A stretch of DNA of 63,705 nt, filler included, from Reticulomyxa filosa (Eukaryota; Protista; Foraminifera): the NCBI GenBank assembly GCA_000512085.1. It is 22 parts of 22 records of this genome, joined end to end, with 100 filler letters (N's around TTAATTAATTAA, not from the genome) between each part and the next. Parts side by side here need not be neighbours in the genome. Positions count along the whole stretch, not along the records: positions 62,672 to 63,705 come from ASPP01018616.1; 21 more parts are not named here. One strand, given 5' to 3'. The notes below the pieces were generated by a model. It worked only from the letters and a program-made list of their open reading frames with translations. It was not told where the DNA came from and ran no database searches. Of this stretch, positions 63,092-63,705 are shown piece after piece; within the stretch, counting starts at the first letter, position 1, and the number at the start of each line of letters is the position of its first letter. A program made the translations under genes and the position numbers.

Positions 63092-63705
63092 ATGACTTCG
63101 CTGCTGTCCCGTCGTGCGCTGCTGACCGCTCTCGCCCTCACCCTCGCCTTCGCCCTCGCGCCTTTCGCCGCGACCGGCGCCTTCGCCCGCGGCGCGCTCG
63201 TAAACATCCAGAAGCACGTCTTCACCATGAAGGAGTTCCGCCTCGAGAGCGGGACCGTCATGCCGGACGTCAGGATCGCCTACGAAACCTACGGCACCCT
63301 GGCGCCCGACGGCCGCAACGCTGTGCTGCTGACGCACGGCTACACGTCGAGCCAGCACATGGCCGGACGCGCCGGTGCCAACGGTGCCGAAGGCTCGTGG
63401 GACGGGCTGGTCGGGCCGGGCAAGGCGATCGACACGGACAAGCTGTTCGTCGTTTCATCCAACATGCTGGGCTCCTCGTACGGTTCGACCAACCCGGCGC
63501 AGGTCAATCCGAAGACCGGCAAGCCGTACGGCTCCGACTTCCCGGCGATTACGCTGGTCGACATCGTCAATGCGCAGAAGGCGCTGCTCGACAGTCTCGG
63601 CGTGAAGCACCTCGTCGCGGTCGCCGGCCCCTCCTTCGGTGGCTACCAGGCCTTCCAGTGGGGCGTGAGCTATCCCGGCTTCATGGACGGGCTGGTGGCG
63701 GTGGT
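63092..63705 (+). CDS. Homoserine O-acetyltransferase (MetX)-like alpha/beta hydrolase with Tat-like signal peptide (bacterial), 3' truncated
   Basis: Absent from the ORF track because it has no stop. SD AGGAGG 63081-63086. MTSLLSRRALL..., FRLESG...IAYETYGTL..NAVLLTHG, WDGLVGPGKAIDTDK, NMLGSSYGST, FPAITLVDIV, GPSFGG. Confidence 0.9.
   Translation, partial: MTSLLSRRALLTALALTLAFALAPFAATGAFARGALVNIQKHVFTMKEFRLESGTVMPDVRIAYETYGTLAPDGRNAVLLTHGYTSSQHMAGRAGANGAEGSWDGLVGPGKAIDTDKLFVVSSNMLGSSYGSTNPAQVNPKTGKPYGSDFPAITLVDIVNAQKALLDSLGVKHLVAVAGPSFGGYQAFQWGVSYPGFMDGLVAV

Noticed and set aside
1-63705. tRNA, rRNA or CRISPR arrays
   Set aside because: None recognised by eye. tRNAscan-SE and Infernal would be needed to exclude them formally.

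Overview
This window is not one locus. It is 22 short contigs joined by an artificial 100-bp spacer (44 N + TTAATTAATTAA + 44 N, stops in all six frames), so adjacency across spacers is meaningless. Twenty contigs are AT-rich eukaryotic DNA with short GT-AG introns, long homopolymer runs, low-complexity coding inserts and many pseudogenes. The style and expanded families (WD40, TRAF-like, RGS) suggest a protist, probably the foraminiferan Reticulomyxa filosa (inference). Two GC-rich, intron-less contigs are bacterial: gcdH plus an IclR regulator, and an MFS transporter plus a MetX-like hydrolase. Recognisable eukaryotic genes include WD40, TLDc remnants, a TKL kinase, an MKP-type phosphatase, a Cid1/Trf4 nucleotidyltransferase, a BACK + 2x CAP-Gly protein, an alpha/beta hydrolase, an RNF213-like fragment, two RGS proteins, Ulp1, ESF2, a C20orf27/ADISSP homolog, POLE, DysF, an M14/DUF2817 peptidase, an EF-hand protein, a C2H2 zinc finger protein, a divergent 14-3-3 and a TRAF-like protein. 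The best candidates for undescribed biology are: (i) a head-to-head pair of paralogous PB1-like x2 + P-loop GTPase genes, one of which continues into a giant helical region; (ii) a dispersed long hairpin element on two unrelated contigs that keeps its structure despite sequence change; (iii) a DEP domain joined to a mercuric-reductase-like flavoprotein, not visible as such in the ORF track. All calls were made by eye and no database searches were run.
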